DNA of 64,000 bases from positions 159,960,001 to 160,024,000 of the forward strand of contig OX597816.1 in NCBI GenBank assembly GCA_951406725.2. The letters are read 5' to 3'. Below the pieces are notes generated by a model. It was not told the origin of the DNA. It worked only from the letters and a program-made list of their open reading frames with translations, and did not search any database. Origin of the DNA: Octopus vulgaris. Its lineage: Eukaryota. Position numbers and translations under genes: made by a program. Below, in pieces: positions 12,700-25,600 of the stretch (position 1 is the first letter of the stretch; each line of letters begins with the position of its first letter).

Positions 12700-15516
12700 T
12701 CATACATGAATAGCAAAATCACAACATTTGTTTCTGCACTGGACAACAGCTTTAAGTTGATGACTTTACACTTACATATCATTATATAAGATTATTCTTT
12801 AGAATTACAAAATAATTAAATATTTTTCAACAACATCTGTGTGTGGAATGAATGCTTGATCACATTTAGTATAATCCTGGTAACAACCAAGTATTAGTGA
12901 GGCTGCATTGTGCTCTACAAGGCTTAAGACTCTTCAATACCCTCTATGCTATCTTTATTCACATTGTTCTCTGCTAATATTTTCTAAACGAGAGACAGGA
13001 AATGAATTAAAGGAGAGCTAAGAGCATAAAGCTAAAGTTTTGTTCTTGATTACAATTCCTCATCCGTCATCTTTAATCTATATTGGAGTCAATAAAATAA
13101 GGACTAGTAACACACTGGGATCAGTTCAATCAACTGTACTCTCTCCCTTGGCAAATGTTAACTAGTGCATTGTCAAAATTAATGTTGTCCATTGTGGGTA
13201 GCCAGCAGAGTAAATCCTTGGAATTAAGAGGATAATTTTTTTTTCCCGCTTAGAGTTGCGGAAACATTTTTTCATGCTAAGAGTTGCTGAAGCATGGAAC
13301 AAACTGCCAGCATCAGTTGTTAGTTGTTGGAGCATTGCATCCTTCAAAACTTCCATGCTTCCTGAGATTCGTCAACACTACACCTGATTTTCTGCCCTCC
13401 ATTCACACGCAAGCATGTATCTGACTCATACACTGTTTGCTTTCCAGACATTTGTACATTACTGCATATGCTTTATACGCACTTTTGACAAGTTGTGGTG
13501 CACCTGAGCACTGTATACAATAATTTCATTATTATTATTTAATCATATTTAATTTATCCCTCTCAGTTGTCACTTCAAATCTTATCAGAGTCAACTTTAC
13601 TTTTCATCCCCCTCAGGTTGATCAGTTATATACGGAAATTGTGCCCCAAATATTATTTAAGCTGTAAATCAACTTTTATGTCTTTCACAATGTAATGTGA
13701 GGAAGGGTGAGAAAAATGGTATTTCTTGTCTGATATATTGTATATGCTCTAGTGTTGTGTCGTTTCACTGGTGAAAGCAGGTTTGATTCCGGAACTGGGT
13801 GACATGTGCAATTCCTTCAGCTCAACACTTCATTTCATACTGCCTTAGTTTATTCAGCTGAAAGTGTGTACCATAGAGTGTTGGTGCTGCCCTCTTTCTC
13901 ATCAGCTGTCACATAAATGTTCCAAGAGGATGTTTATGTATGCTTGTAAATACAGACACAGCATCTGGCAAAGGCATGATTCCTACTAATAGGTCAAAGT
14001 TGCTTGTGAATGAAGGCAATGTATTTATCTTGTATCATTTAATAACAAGCCATTTTCCTATCAATCTATCTGATAGCTGTGTAGCATAGAGGAAAGTATA
14101 TCATCAGTCATACATGAATAGCAAAATCACAACATTTGTTTCTGCACTGGACAACAGCTTTAAGTTGATGACTTTACACTTACATATCATTATATAAGAT
14201 TATTCTTTAGAATTACAAAATAATTAAATATTTTTCAACAACATCTGTGTGTGGAATGAATGCTTGATCACATTTAGTATAATCCTGGTAACAACCAAGT
14301 ATTAGTGAGGTTGCATTGTGCTCTACAAGACTTAAGACTCTTCAATACCCTCTATGCTATCTTTATTCTCATTGTTCTCTGTTAATATTTTCTAAATGAG
14401 AGACAGGAAATGAATTAAAGGAGGGCCAAGAGCATAAAGCTAAAGTTTTGTTCTTGATTACAATTCCTCATCCGTCATCTTTATCTTTCATCTATATTGG
14501 AGTCAATAAAATAAGGCTAGTAACATACTGGGGTCAGTTCAATCAACTATACTCTCTCCCTTGACAAATGTTAACCTAGTGCACTGTCAAAATTAATGTT
14601 GTCCATTGTGGGTAGCCAGCAGAGTAAATCCTTGGAATTAAGAGGATAATTTTTTTTTCCCGCTAAGAGTTGCGGAAACATTTTTTCATGCTAAGAGTTG
14701 CTGAAGCATGGAACAAACTGCCAGCATCAGTTGTTAGTTATTGGAGCACTGCATCCTTCAAAACTTCCATGCTTCCTGAGATTCGGCAACACTACACCTA
14801 ATTTTCTCCCCTCCATATACATGCAAGCATGTATCTGACTCATACACTGTTCACTTCCCAGACATTTGTACATTACTGCATATGCTTTATACGCACTTTT
14901 TACAAGTTGTGGTGCACCTGAGCACTATATACAATAATTTCATTATTATTATTTAATCATATTTAATTTATCCCTCTCAGTTGTCACTTCAAATCTTATC
15001 AGAGTCAACTTTACTTTTCATCCCCCTCAGGTTGATCAGTTATATACGGAAATTGTGCCCCAAATATTATTTAAGCTGTAAATCAACTTTTATGTCTTTC
15101 ACAATGTAATGTGAGGAAGGGTGAGAAAAATGGTATCTCTTGTCTGATATATTGTATATGCTCTAGTGTTGTGTCATTTCACTGGTGAAAGCAGGTTTGA
15201 TTCCGGAACTGGGTGACATGTGCAATTCCTTCAGCTCAACACTTCATTTCATACTGCCTTAGTTTATTCAGCTGAAAGTGTGTACCATAGAGTGTTGGTG
15301 CTGCCCTCTTTCTCATCAGCTGTCACATAAATGTTCCAAGAGGATGTTTATGTATGCTTGTAAATACAGACACAGCATCTGGCAAGGGCATGATTCCTAC
15401 TAATAGGTCAAAGCTGCTTGTGAATGAAGGCAATGTATTTATCTTGTATCATTTAATAACAAGCCATTTTCCTATCAATCTCTATCTGATAGCTGTGTAG
15501 CATAGAGGAAAGTATA
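12700..15516 (+). repeat. Tandem duplication of a ~1.4-kb unit (12700-14101 and 14108-15516)
   Basis: Near-identical copies from TCATACATGAATAGCAAAATC to GAGGAAAGTATAT. Confidence 0.95.
13252..13539 (+). mobile_element. CR1/L2-type LINE 3' end; duplicate at 14665-14952, inverted scrap at 20996-21033
   Basis: Translates RKHFFMLRVAEAWNKLPASVV...SFK, a typical CR1/L2 ORF2 C-terminus; (ATT)n tail. Confidence 0.8.
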
Positions 15517-15570
15517 TAATGTTCAGTGTAAAGCATGGGAAGAAAGTTCAAACTCAGTTAATTTTAAGTA

Positions 15571-15711
15571 TAAGGTTGTCCCAAAAGTTCGTAGAAAGTC
15601 TTGGAAAATAATGGTCTTTATTTTGAGGAATAATTTTTGTTGTTTTTGTTAGTACTTGGCGAGTAAAAATTCAATTTTCGCAAGTGTTTACAAACTTTTG
15701 GGACAACCTAA
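15571..15711. mobile_element. Tiny mariner-type MITE
   Basis: TIRs AGGTTGTCCCAAAAGTTCGTA / TACAAACTTTTGGGACAACCT flanked by TA. Confidence 0.75.
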
Positions 15712-16288
15712 TATTATCGTAATTATATATATGTAAAGATTTTTATTTGTTTAAATTTATATATATCGTCACATCAGCATTACTATGGGTATGCAGGAAA
15801 AACTTTAAACTAGAAAACCCTACTGAAGGCTGTTACAACATACCATTAAGTTTCATTTAAAGTGGGGGTAAATTGTGATTTCAAATAAAGATGCTGTGAG
15901 TAAATGGAGAGTTTAAGTTTCACCTGCGAAGTGGACTATTACTTGCCTCTGTTAGTGTGTTTACTTCCCCATAGCTTAGTGATTCAGCAAAAATAATCAA
16001 TAAAATAAGTTACGTGGTTTAAGAAAAAAAATGAAGTACTGGGGTCTATTCATTTGACTACAAATCCCTCAAGGTGGTGCACCAGCATGGCCGCACCTTA
16101 TAATTGAAATAAGTAAAAAGAATAAAGAATTTTAAATGTACAGCTTCCTTCTAAGCTAATGCCAGGAATAGGTAACTCAGTTGATCGGTGGACTGAGTTA
16201 CCTGCTCATGTTTGACTAAATCCTCATCAAAGAAACTAACGGGATGTCCATTTTTCATTACACACGCTGTAATATACAGCCTACATTA

Positions 16289-16700
16289 GGCGATGAGCTG
16301 GCAGAAACGTTAGCACACCGGGCGAAATGTGTAGCCGTATTTCATCTACCATTACGTTCTGAGTTCAAATTCTGGCGAGGTTGGCTTTGCCTTTCATCCT
16401 TTCGGGGTTGATAAACAAGTACCAGTTACGCACTGGATCAATATAATCGACTGAATCCATTTGTCTGTCCTTGTTTGTCCCCTCTGTGTTTAGCCCTCTG
16501 TGGGTAGTAAAGAAATAGGTATTTCGTCTGCCGTTACGTTCTGAGTTCAAATTCCGCCAAGGTCGGCTTTGCCTTTCATCCTTTCGGGGTCGATTAAATA
16601 AGTACCAGTTACACACTAGAGTCGATGTAATCGACTTAATCCCTTTGTCAGTCCTTGATTGTCCCCTCTATGTGTAGCCCTCTGTGGGCAATAAAGAAAT
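16289..16700 (+). mobile_element. tRNA-derived SINE, family A (Meta-domain-like), with duplicated 3' half
   Basis: GAGCTGGCAGAAACGTTAGCAC...GAGTTCAAATTC...GCCTTTCATCCTTTCGGGGTCGAT...AAGTACCAG; other copies at 24654, 25108, 28606, 28838, 29062, 30743(-), 38439, 38674, 52488 and 60985(-). Confidence 0.85.
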
Positions 16701-16756
16701 AAATATACTGCTTATATTAAAGCAGTGAGCTGGTAGAATCGTTAGCACGCTGGGCA

Positions 16757-17262
16757 GCGAAATTTTTTCCCTCGAGTGTTCCGGACCACAGTAATGAACT
16801 CATTTGCATACCGCCAATCAGAGCTCACCTTGACCTTGTTGTCAAATTAACTAACACACTCTATCAAGTAAACTCTAGACGAAGAATGTTTTTGTAAGTC
16901 GACCGATTGCCAAGTTATACCTATTATCGGATTTTGCTAAGGTTGCATATGGTAAAGATGTGGATGGGGAAAAATGTGGATAGGGAGTGTTGTGCCAGAA
17001 ACCCTCTCCCCTTACTGTTTCACAAAGTGAACAACACAAATAATTACGCAGAGGCAGCCATGGTAAAAACAAGAACAGGATCAAGAAGCATTCTTAAAAA
17101 TGAAAAAAAACAAAACAAGGTCATTCCTCACCCAAGTGACCTTATCTTATCGCCCAACACTTATTATGTGTTCGTAAATTAGTTTGATAGTTGAGCACTG
17201 ATTGGATGTATGCAAATGAGTTCATAACTGGGGTCCGGAACTTTCGTGGGAAAAAATATCGC
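16757..17262. mobile_element. Mutator(MULE)-like MITE inserted into a family A SINE
   Basis: About 70-bp TIRs GCGAAATTTTTTCCC... / ...GGGAAAAAATATCGC; 9-bp TSD CGCTGGGCA (16748-16756 and 17263-17271); the SINE resumes in register after it. Confidence 0.85.
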
Positions 17263-19206
17263 CGCTGGGCATAATGCTTAGTGGCATTTCGTCTGTCTTT
17301 GCGTTCAGAGTTCAAATTCCGCCGAGGTCGATTTTGCCTTTCATCCTTTCGGGGTCGATAAATTAAGCACCAGTTGCATACTGGAGTCGATCTTATCGAC
17401 TGGCCCCCTCCCCCAAAATTTCGGGCCTTGTGTCTAGAGTAGAAAAGAATATAGTCTACATATACATCCAGTAATTACGCAGCCTCCAGATACTTCATCA
17501 TCTAGCCATTGAGGGTGCCTCCACCTCTGAGGTTCTCTATAGAAAATTTCAAGTAACCACCATCAACTAAACACAATTCATGCGTATTATAAACCTGACC
17601 CTAAAATTACCATTGGACACTGTACAGTAATTAGATTCATTCATAATTATTTCCCTTTTGGACATTGTATAGTAATTAGATTCATTCATAATTATTTCCC
17701 TTGTTTTCACTCTCGATGCTTAATTTACACTCCCAGAAAAAGTATACTTTTCTTAAGTGCATTAAAACTGCTGTTTATCTTATATTTTTTACTTGTTTCA
17801 GTTGTTGAACTGCGGACATGCTGGGGCACCACCTTAAAGGGTTTAGTCGAACACATTGATCCCAATACTTATTTTATTAAAGCTTGGTAATTATTCTATT
17901 AGTTTCTTTTGCTGAACTGCTAAGTTATGGGAACTAACACATACAATGAATCTCCTCCACAGCTGTTTCTTTCCATCATCTAGCACAGTGGTTCACTATC
18001 ATTTATTGCTTATGGACCCTGATTTCTTCCTGTTTTACTCAAGGAGTGGGGTAACCTCACAACCATTCAATGTCTAAAAACTCCTACACATACACAAACA
18101 TATGTATACATATACAGCCTACGATAAATGAGTATGGAGATGTAATGGCCTAGTGGTTAGGGCAGCAGACTTGTGGTCGTGGGATTGCAGTTTCAATTCC
18201 CAGACTGGGCATTGTGAGTGTTTATTGAGCGAAAACACTGAAGCCCCACGAGGCTCCGGCAGGGGGTGATGAAAGATATGTATATATAGGCACAGGAGTG
18301 GCTGTGTGGTAAGTAGCTTGCTTACCACCCACATGGTTCAAGGCTCAGTCCCACTGCATGGCAGCTTGGGCATGTGTCTTTTACTATAGCCTCAGGCCGA
18401 CCAAATCCTTGAGTGGATTTGATAGACAGAAACTGAAAGAAGCCCGTATACATATATAATGTTCCTTTCAAACATTGAGGCAATGACCGAGACCATTGGT
18501 ATATGTCGTGCTTCAGAAGACCCATCAAGCTGAGCAAAATTGCAGTCGTGGCAGATACGGGTCTCGTGCAAATTGGCACCTGTGCTGGTGGCACATAAAA
18601 GCACCTCGGTGTCACATAAATGGCATCCATGCCGGTTTCACATAAAATCACACATTACATTCTCGGAGTGGTTGGCATTAGGAAGGACATCCAGTCGTAG
18701 CAAACCATACCAAATCAGACTTGAGTCTGGTGGTGTGCCAGCCCGGTCAAACCGTCCAACCCATGGACAACAGACGTAAAATGATGATGATATATATCAC
18801 CATCATTTAATGTCCATTTCCCATGCAGGCATGGGTTGACAGGGGGCTGGCTATGCAGAAGACTGCACTAAACTTCACTGTCTGTTTTGGCAGAGTTTTT
18901 ACAGCCGGATACTCTTCCTAACACCAACCAGCACACATGGATGTCTCCTTGTCTTGACATTGTATGGCATTTGTAAACAAGTATCACTGTCATTCAAGCT
19001 GTATCTACCATTTAGAATATTCTAAATGGCAGACACAGCAATAGGAAGGGTGTCCAACCCACAGAATATCTGCCTCAAAGAGTTTTGTCAGACTAATGCA
19101 AGCGTGAAGAATTGGATGATAAAATGATGATGAAGTTAGAGGGATGGTAGCCATAACTGGTGGAGAAAAAGAAAATCTTTACATATGAAGGCAGTTTCAA
19201 AATTGT

Positions 19207-19212
19207 TTTAAT
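19207..19212 (-). terminator. Candidate ATAD3 polyadenylation signal (ATTAAA)
   Basis: ATTAAA on the minus strand about 130 nt after the stop; no transcript evidence. Confidence 0.25.
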
Positions 19213-19340
19213 TTCCAATAATATTCTATCAATTTGTAAAATTCTAATCTTTGAAACAATGATTATGTACAACTCATACAAGAATCATCACTCTGAGAGT
19301 AAGACTTTTTAAGTGCGAGTCTAATCATGGTCTATTATAA

Positions 19341-19649
19341 TCAGCTTGTAGATGGTGGTGGTGGTGGCGGCGGCGGTGTTGGTGGCGGTGATGGTGGTGG
19401 TGATGACAGCGATGCTGTTGTTGATGATGGTGATGATGATGCTGATGATGGAGATGGTGGCTGTGTTGAAGGAGAAGCCTCGCTCTTCAGAACTGAACTG
19501 ATTAAACTATCTTGGGGTTGAAGGAAGAGACTGGTTTGCTTATCATCTTGCCACAATACTTTCTGGCTATGTTGTCTAATAGCGTTATCTACGATACTAT
19601 CAATCATTTGTTCTGTCAGCACACCATCATCAGAGGCATAGGCTGTGGC
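19341..19649 (-). CDS. ATAD3: ATAD3 terminal exon 15 (309 nt including TGA)
   Basis: TTTTTCAG|[17 protein letters not shown]...QHSQKVLWQ, then Ser/Pro-rich tail and stop at 19341-19343. Confidence 0.92.
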   Translation of the reverse strand, partial: ATAYASDDGVLTEQMIDSIVDNAIRQHSQKVLWQDDKQTSLFLQPQDSLISSVLKSEASPSTQPPSPSSASSSPSSTTASLSSPPPSPPPTPPPPPPPPSTS

Positions 19650-22600
19650 CTGAAAAACAAAAAGGAAACATAGTTTTAATAACACAGCAAAACTCATTAA
19701 TTATCAAGAAATTAAAACATCAAGAAAGTAGAACCAGCATTTATCCTAAGACAAGGAAGGAGCAACACAAATGGCCACACAGCTAAACTAAATATTTTAT
19801 CTTAATTACTTTAGGTACGAGCATAGCTGTGTTTTTAATAAGTTTGTTTTCCAGCCATGTGGTTTTAAGTTCAATCCCACTCGTGGCACCTTGGGTAAGT
19901 GTCTTCTAATATAGCCTCGGACTAATGAAAACCTTGTGAGTGGATTTAAAAGATAGAAACTGAAAGAGGCCTGTCTGTGTGTCTCTCTCTCTCACTCACT
20001 CACATTCACACACATGTGTATAACACAGACACGGATGTTTGGTAAGAAGTTTGCCTTCCAACCATATGATTTTGGGTTCAGTCCCACTACATGGCTCTTT
20101 GGGCAAAGTGTTTTCTAATATAGTCGTGAAGTGAAGTCTTGTACTGGGATTTAGTTGACTGAAACTGGAAGAAGCCTGTTGTGTGTATAAGTGTGTGTTT
20201 TACTATCACTCTGCCTTGATGTCATGTGATAGTTGTAAGCAGTGTTTCTAATCTTCTGAGACATGTCTAATCATGGGGAGATATTACTTTGCTTGGAAAC
20301 AGATGGGGTTAGTAACAGGATGGGCCTCTGGTCATAAAAAAATCTGCCCCAATAAACTTCATATGATAAGTCGTACACAGCACTTGTCAATGTTGAAAAC
20401 TACTGAATGCTTTGTGGCATTTTGATAATAATAATGACTCTTGTGGCTTCTGATAATGACTCTTGTGGCTTCTGATCTTAACTGATTGGAAGTGTTATCA
20501 CGTACATTGTTTTTTTTTGGTATAAAAGATGGGCTACAACAAATATTCTGCTCAATACCACAGATCTGCTTGTCAGTTGTTTGACCGTAACCAGTTGAGT
20601 TACGGTCCCTTAGTGGCTGACGATATGTGCATCTCTGATCACGAGCAGAAGTAGTGGGGGAGCATCAAAGCCATGTGTTGAGAGGGATTCTTTGGGGTTT
20701 GAATAATTCACCCCTGGAAACATGAGTGTTTTGTTCAACATCCTTAAACAACCCTTATTCAGGGACCTTTTGAGTGGAATGGGTTACTCGACCAGAAGAA
20801 AATTCTAACTGGGCTCCACCTGCAAGGTTATGTGCTGTTTATCTTGATATAGGATCACCATGTCGTGCACATATGGTTGTGATGCATGTGCCTGGTGTAC
20901 CCTTATCAGATGGGTAGTCATGATGGGTATACTGGGCTTCGTATATTTTACCCCAGTGTCACTTTGATGGCATGGACTACTCTCTCACTCAATAATAATG
21001 AAATTATTGTATACAGTGCTCAGGTGCACCACATTTTGTCTAGCATGCTAACAAGCCTGCCAGCTTGTTATCTTAATAATAATAATCCTATACTTGGAAA
21101 AAAAGGTATTGATTTGGGTCAAGAACAATGCCCTCATTCAGTCTATGTCTGCACAGAAAGTGAATGTGAAACAAACAAATAAAAGAATAAAAGCTGCAAT
21201 GAAAATTTTCCCAACTAACCTGCCAGGCAACACCTAATTTAGCTATTTCTCTTCCGGAAAGACCATCAGTACGTACTGCAATTTCTGAACATTTTACACC
21301 ATAATCAAACTGTGCTACCTTTAAACGTCTGCAACAAAAGAAACAAAAAAAAAATCAATTGAATAAAATGACAATTTCTTACATAAGCAGAAGGCCAGAT
21401 ATTTGGAGACAAGGGTTACTTGATTAACTTTTTGGTATTGTGATTATTCTGTCAAATGTTATGCTTAGCTGTGGAGGGAAACTGTGGATGAGGTAGATGC
21501 AGGAAAACATGGGATGAAGTAGTGAAGTATCTGGTCAGTTTGAACATAAAACAGGCAGAGTACTTTTGACCGGATTAAAAGCTAAAGGGTAATCTTTGAA
21601 CATTGGGCCTCATGGAGTGACTGAGACCTCTGGCGATATGCTGTGCATGAGAAGATGATATTTCTTTTTTTTATTTTACATCAAAATAAAAATCAAATGG
21701 AAATTGTAGTTGTGATACCCGTGCCGGTGGTATGTAAAAAGCACCATCCAAATGTGGCCGATGCCAGCGCTGCCTGCCTGGTGTCCGTGTCGGTGACACG
21801 TAAAAAGCACCAACCGATTATGACCATTGCCAGCTTCCCCTGGCACCTGTGCCAGTGGCACGTAAAAAGCACTGACAACACTCACTGAGTGGTTGGCATG
21901 AGGAAGGGCATCCAGCTGTAGAAACACTGCCAGATCAGACTGGAACCTGGCGCAGGCTCCCGGCTTCCCAGACCCCAGTTGAACCGTCCAACCCATGCTA
22001 GCATGGAAAACGGACATTAAACGATGATGATGATGAGAAAACTGGTTAGACCAAGTGAAATCGTAGTTGGTAGCTATGCCGGTGTCATGTAAATGGCACC
22101 CATGAATCATAGTCATGGTTGTTATCAGTGCCATATAAATGGCACCCATGGTTGTAGCTGGTGCCATGTACATGGCACCTATGAATTATAGTCATGCTCG
22201 TTACCAGTGTCATGTAAAAGCACCCATTACACTCCTGGAGTGGTTAGTGTTAGGAAGGGCATCCAGCTTTACAAACCACGCCAAATCAGACTGGAACCTG
22301 GTGCGGCTCTCCAGCTCATATCAAACTGCCTAACCCATGCCAGCATGAAAAGTGGACGTTAAATTATGATGGTGATCTTATTATTTATGTTTCAGAATGA
22401 TATTGTAGAGTATGTATGAAAAGCCAGATCTGGCCAGTTTGAACATAAAACTGATAGAATAGTTTAAACCAGATATGGCTGGTTTAAATGCTAAAGGGTT
22501 AAATCAACTCCAGTGTTTGACTGATCTGCTAGAATTAGCATCCAAATTCTTCCCAATCTACATCCGACTATCTTACGAAAGAAAATACATATTGAATGAT

Positions 22601-25600
22601 ATAGTCCAACATGTGTGTGAGTGTGCTACCCTTGTCTTGACATGGCACACTAACTGTAAATAAATATTACAGTGAAGCAGAATCATTCATCTGCAATCCT
22701 CCATGTAAACAGCTCTGGCTATTGTTCTGTTTTAGTTCATCTGCTTAGAAACAGGTGAGGGTTAGTGATAGAAAGAGCACCCGGCCACACAAAATCTGCC
22801 TCAACAAATTTCATCTCACCCATCCTAGCATGGAAAAGATGTTAAAACAATGAAGTCAAAACATGAAACTGGTCAAGGCTTGGTGGATTGCTTCCAACAC
22901 CACTCCTCATGATCCATTCAGGTCAGTCACAATACCAACTTTCTGTCTTTGGATTACTCTCTTCTTAGTAACCATGGGAACAAAAATTTATTTATAAATT
23001 AGGGATATCATATCCCCATGGCATTAACAATTGTTTATACTTTACACCTGCCCCCAGTACTCCTACTGACATGCACCCCCACCTCCCACATCAACTCTAC
23101 AGTTGCTATCTTTTTAGCTTCCACTCCCCTTTACCCAGAAACCACAGGCCTACATCTCCACTTCCTTCTGTGACTGTACAACAGCACACACAATTCTTCT
23201 TTCTTCTCTTTCTCAATAAATAGTCTGACTTTTAACGATCTGAATTATTCTTTTCCTTACAACTACATATATTTTTGAATAACCACAACTTTTCTAAAGA
23301 AATTTGTGAATAGAGTATTAAGCCTTTGACATATACACATTCATTTGTGTTTGTGTATGTCATATGCTTAACCATGTTCATGTGAGTTGGACAGACACAC
23401 AATACCGTTAACTTATTCACTGCTTCATTCCTATAACGTGTTTCCCCTAACACCCAAAGTGCTGATTTTCAAACAGCATATCTCCAACCGATCGTGGGCG
23501 ATAAAGCACCATCCGAATGTTGCCAGCGTCGCCTTGGCTGGCTTCCGTGCCGCTGGCACGTTAAAAGCTCCAACTGATCGTGGCTGATGCCCCCCCCCCA
23601 CTGGCACCTGTGCAGGTGGCACATATGGACAGACACACAATACAGTTAACTTATTCACTGCTTCAATCCTATAACGTGTTTCTCCTAACACCCAAAGTGC
23701 TGATTTTCAAACAGCATTTAAAATCTAACCTCATTACATATCAAAATCTCTCTTCGACACATCTCTCAATACCTTTGGTACCTGGTACTTTTCTCAGATC
23801 TAGTGTCAGTCTTTCTCCTAAGTACACTCTATATATCAAACAAATTATATTTAACTCATCATTCATCTCCAATCTCTCTAAATTCTGAGCCACACCCACA
23901 CACAAATACATACCTCTTGCCTTCTGTGGCTGGTTTCAACACAAACTCATCAAAGTATTGTCTAACCATACGTTCCCTCTCAGACAATGTGGGTAAGACA
24001 AATTCTACCATTTCGTCAAGACGATCGTTAATGGCCCAATCAAATTGTTCAGGTTGATTACTGGATAAGACTAACATAAACCTGAAAAATAAAAATACGA
24101 CTCATATTAGAATAATTAAAAATTATAAATAGACTCATCTAGAAATGCCTCAAAATCATAATAGCATGAAGGTTTCTGATCTGAAAGTCAAGAAACTGAG
24201 AAACAGTGACTGTGAGTTGTATAAACCTCTGAATGATTCAACAGTTCAGTTCTACCTCACTACCCATATTTTTTTCCTGCAGATACAGGTCAGGCATCAC
24301 TCTCATCAATATCACCAGACTAGGAGGGCCACAAAGGTCAGAACACTGAATCTCTTCCCTTTACTATTTTAGTGGTTGTGGTTACCAAAGTATTTTATCA
24401 GCAGTAAATAATCAATATTGCCACTGATTCTGTCACATGCCCTTTGTATCTGCTTTCATTTAAATACAATAGGTAAATAAAAATCGAATTTATACTTTAT
24501 TAAATACTAATACATAAAATTTTATTCTGGAAATTACAAAGAAAAATAACCTCTCTCTCTTTCTATCTTGTGTGTGTGTGTGTGCAATATGGATGTTGAT
24601 ATTTCACCTGTCACTGAGTGAAGTGTTGATAATGTTTATGTTATTTTTTACTAAGGTGGCGAGCTGGCAGAGTTGTTAGCATGCTGGGCGAAATGCATAA
24701 CCGTATTTCATCTGCCGCTACGTTCTGAGTTCAAATTCCGCCAAGGTCGACTTTGCCTTTCATCCTTTCGGGGTCAATAAATTAAGCATCAGTTACGCAC
24801 TAGGGTCGATGTAATTGGCTTAATCCATGTCCATGTTGTCCCCTCTATGTTTAGCCCCTTGTGGGTAGTAAAGAAATAAGATAATGTTTATGTTATGATC
24901 TGTGATTTCAAACACCTGTGGAATTTTAAAATCTTTTACCTGTTAAACAGGCGTGGTATGGCAAAAAGGAAAAGCATCTGACTGCAAGATCCTGCCCAAG
25001 CTATGATAGCACAGAAAAATGGATGTTTGAACACATTCCCATGGGGGACAAAGGATGCATGCAGTAGCAAATTAAATGAAACAAGTATCACTTGTTGTTA
25101 GTTTAATGGTGCCAGCTGGCAGAAACGTTAGCACGCCGGGCGAAATGCTTAGCGGTATTTCGTCTGCCGCTACGTTCTGAGTTCAAATTCCGCCGAGGTC
25201 GACTCTGCCTTTCATCCTTTCAGGGTCAATGAATTAAGTACCAGTTACGCACTGGGGTCGATATAATCGACTTAATCCGTTTGTCTGTCCTTGTTTGTCC
25301 TCTCTGTGTTTAGCTCCTTGTGGGTAGCAAAGAAATAGGTGGTCAAGTTTTGTTATTTTAGTATGAACAATAAGCCTGTACATATCTGCTATGTGCTCTT
25401 GGGAAAGATGCCTAAGGCAGTGGCTCAGTGCATGTGTCTGTAAAGTACCACACAGGGGTATAGGCATTGCTGTAGGCAACAAGAGATGGTACTATATTGT
25501 TGGTAAAGATATTCTTAGCTTGTATGGATGAATTCAAAACACAATCAAGGACAATTCCAGGGTAAATGGCTCTTGGTGATGCCTCACAGAAAAATTTAAT

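Noticed and set aside
19327-19521. Gly/Asp-rich plus-strand ORF
   Set aside because: Antisense shadow of the ATAD3 Ser/Pro-rich tail
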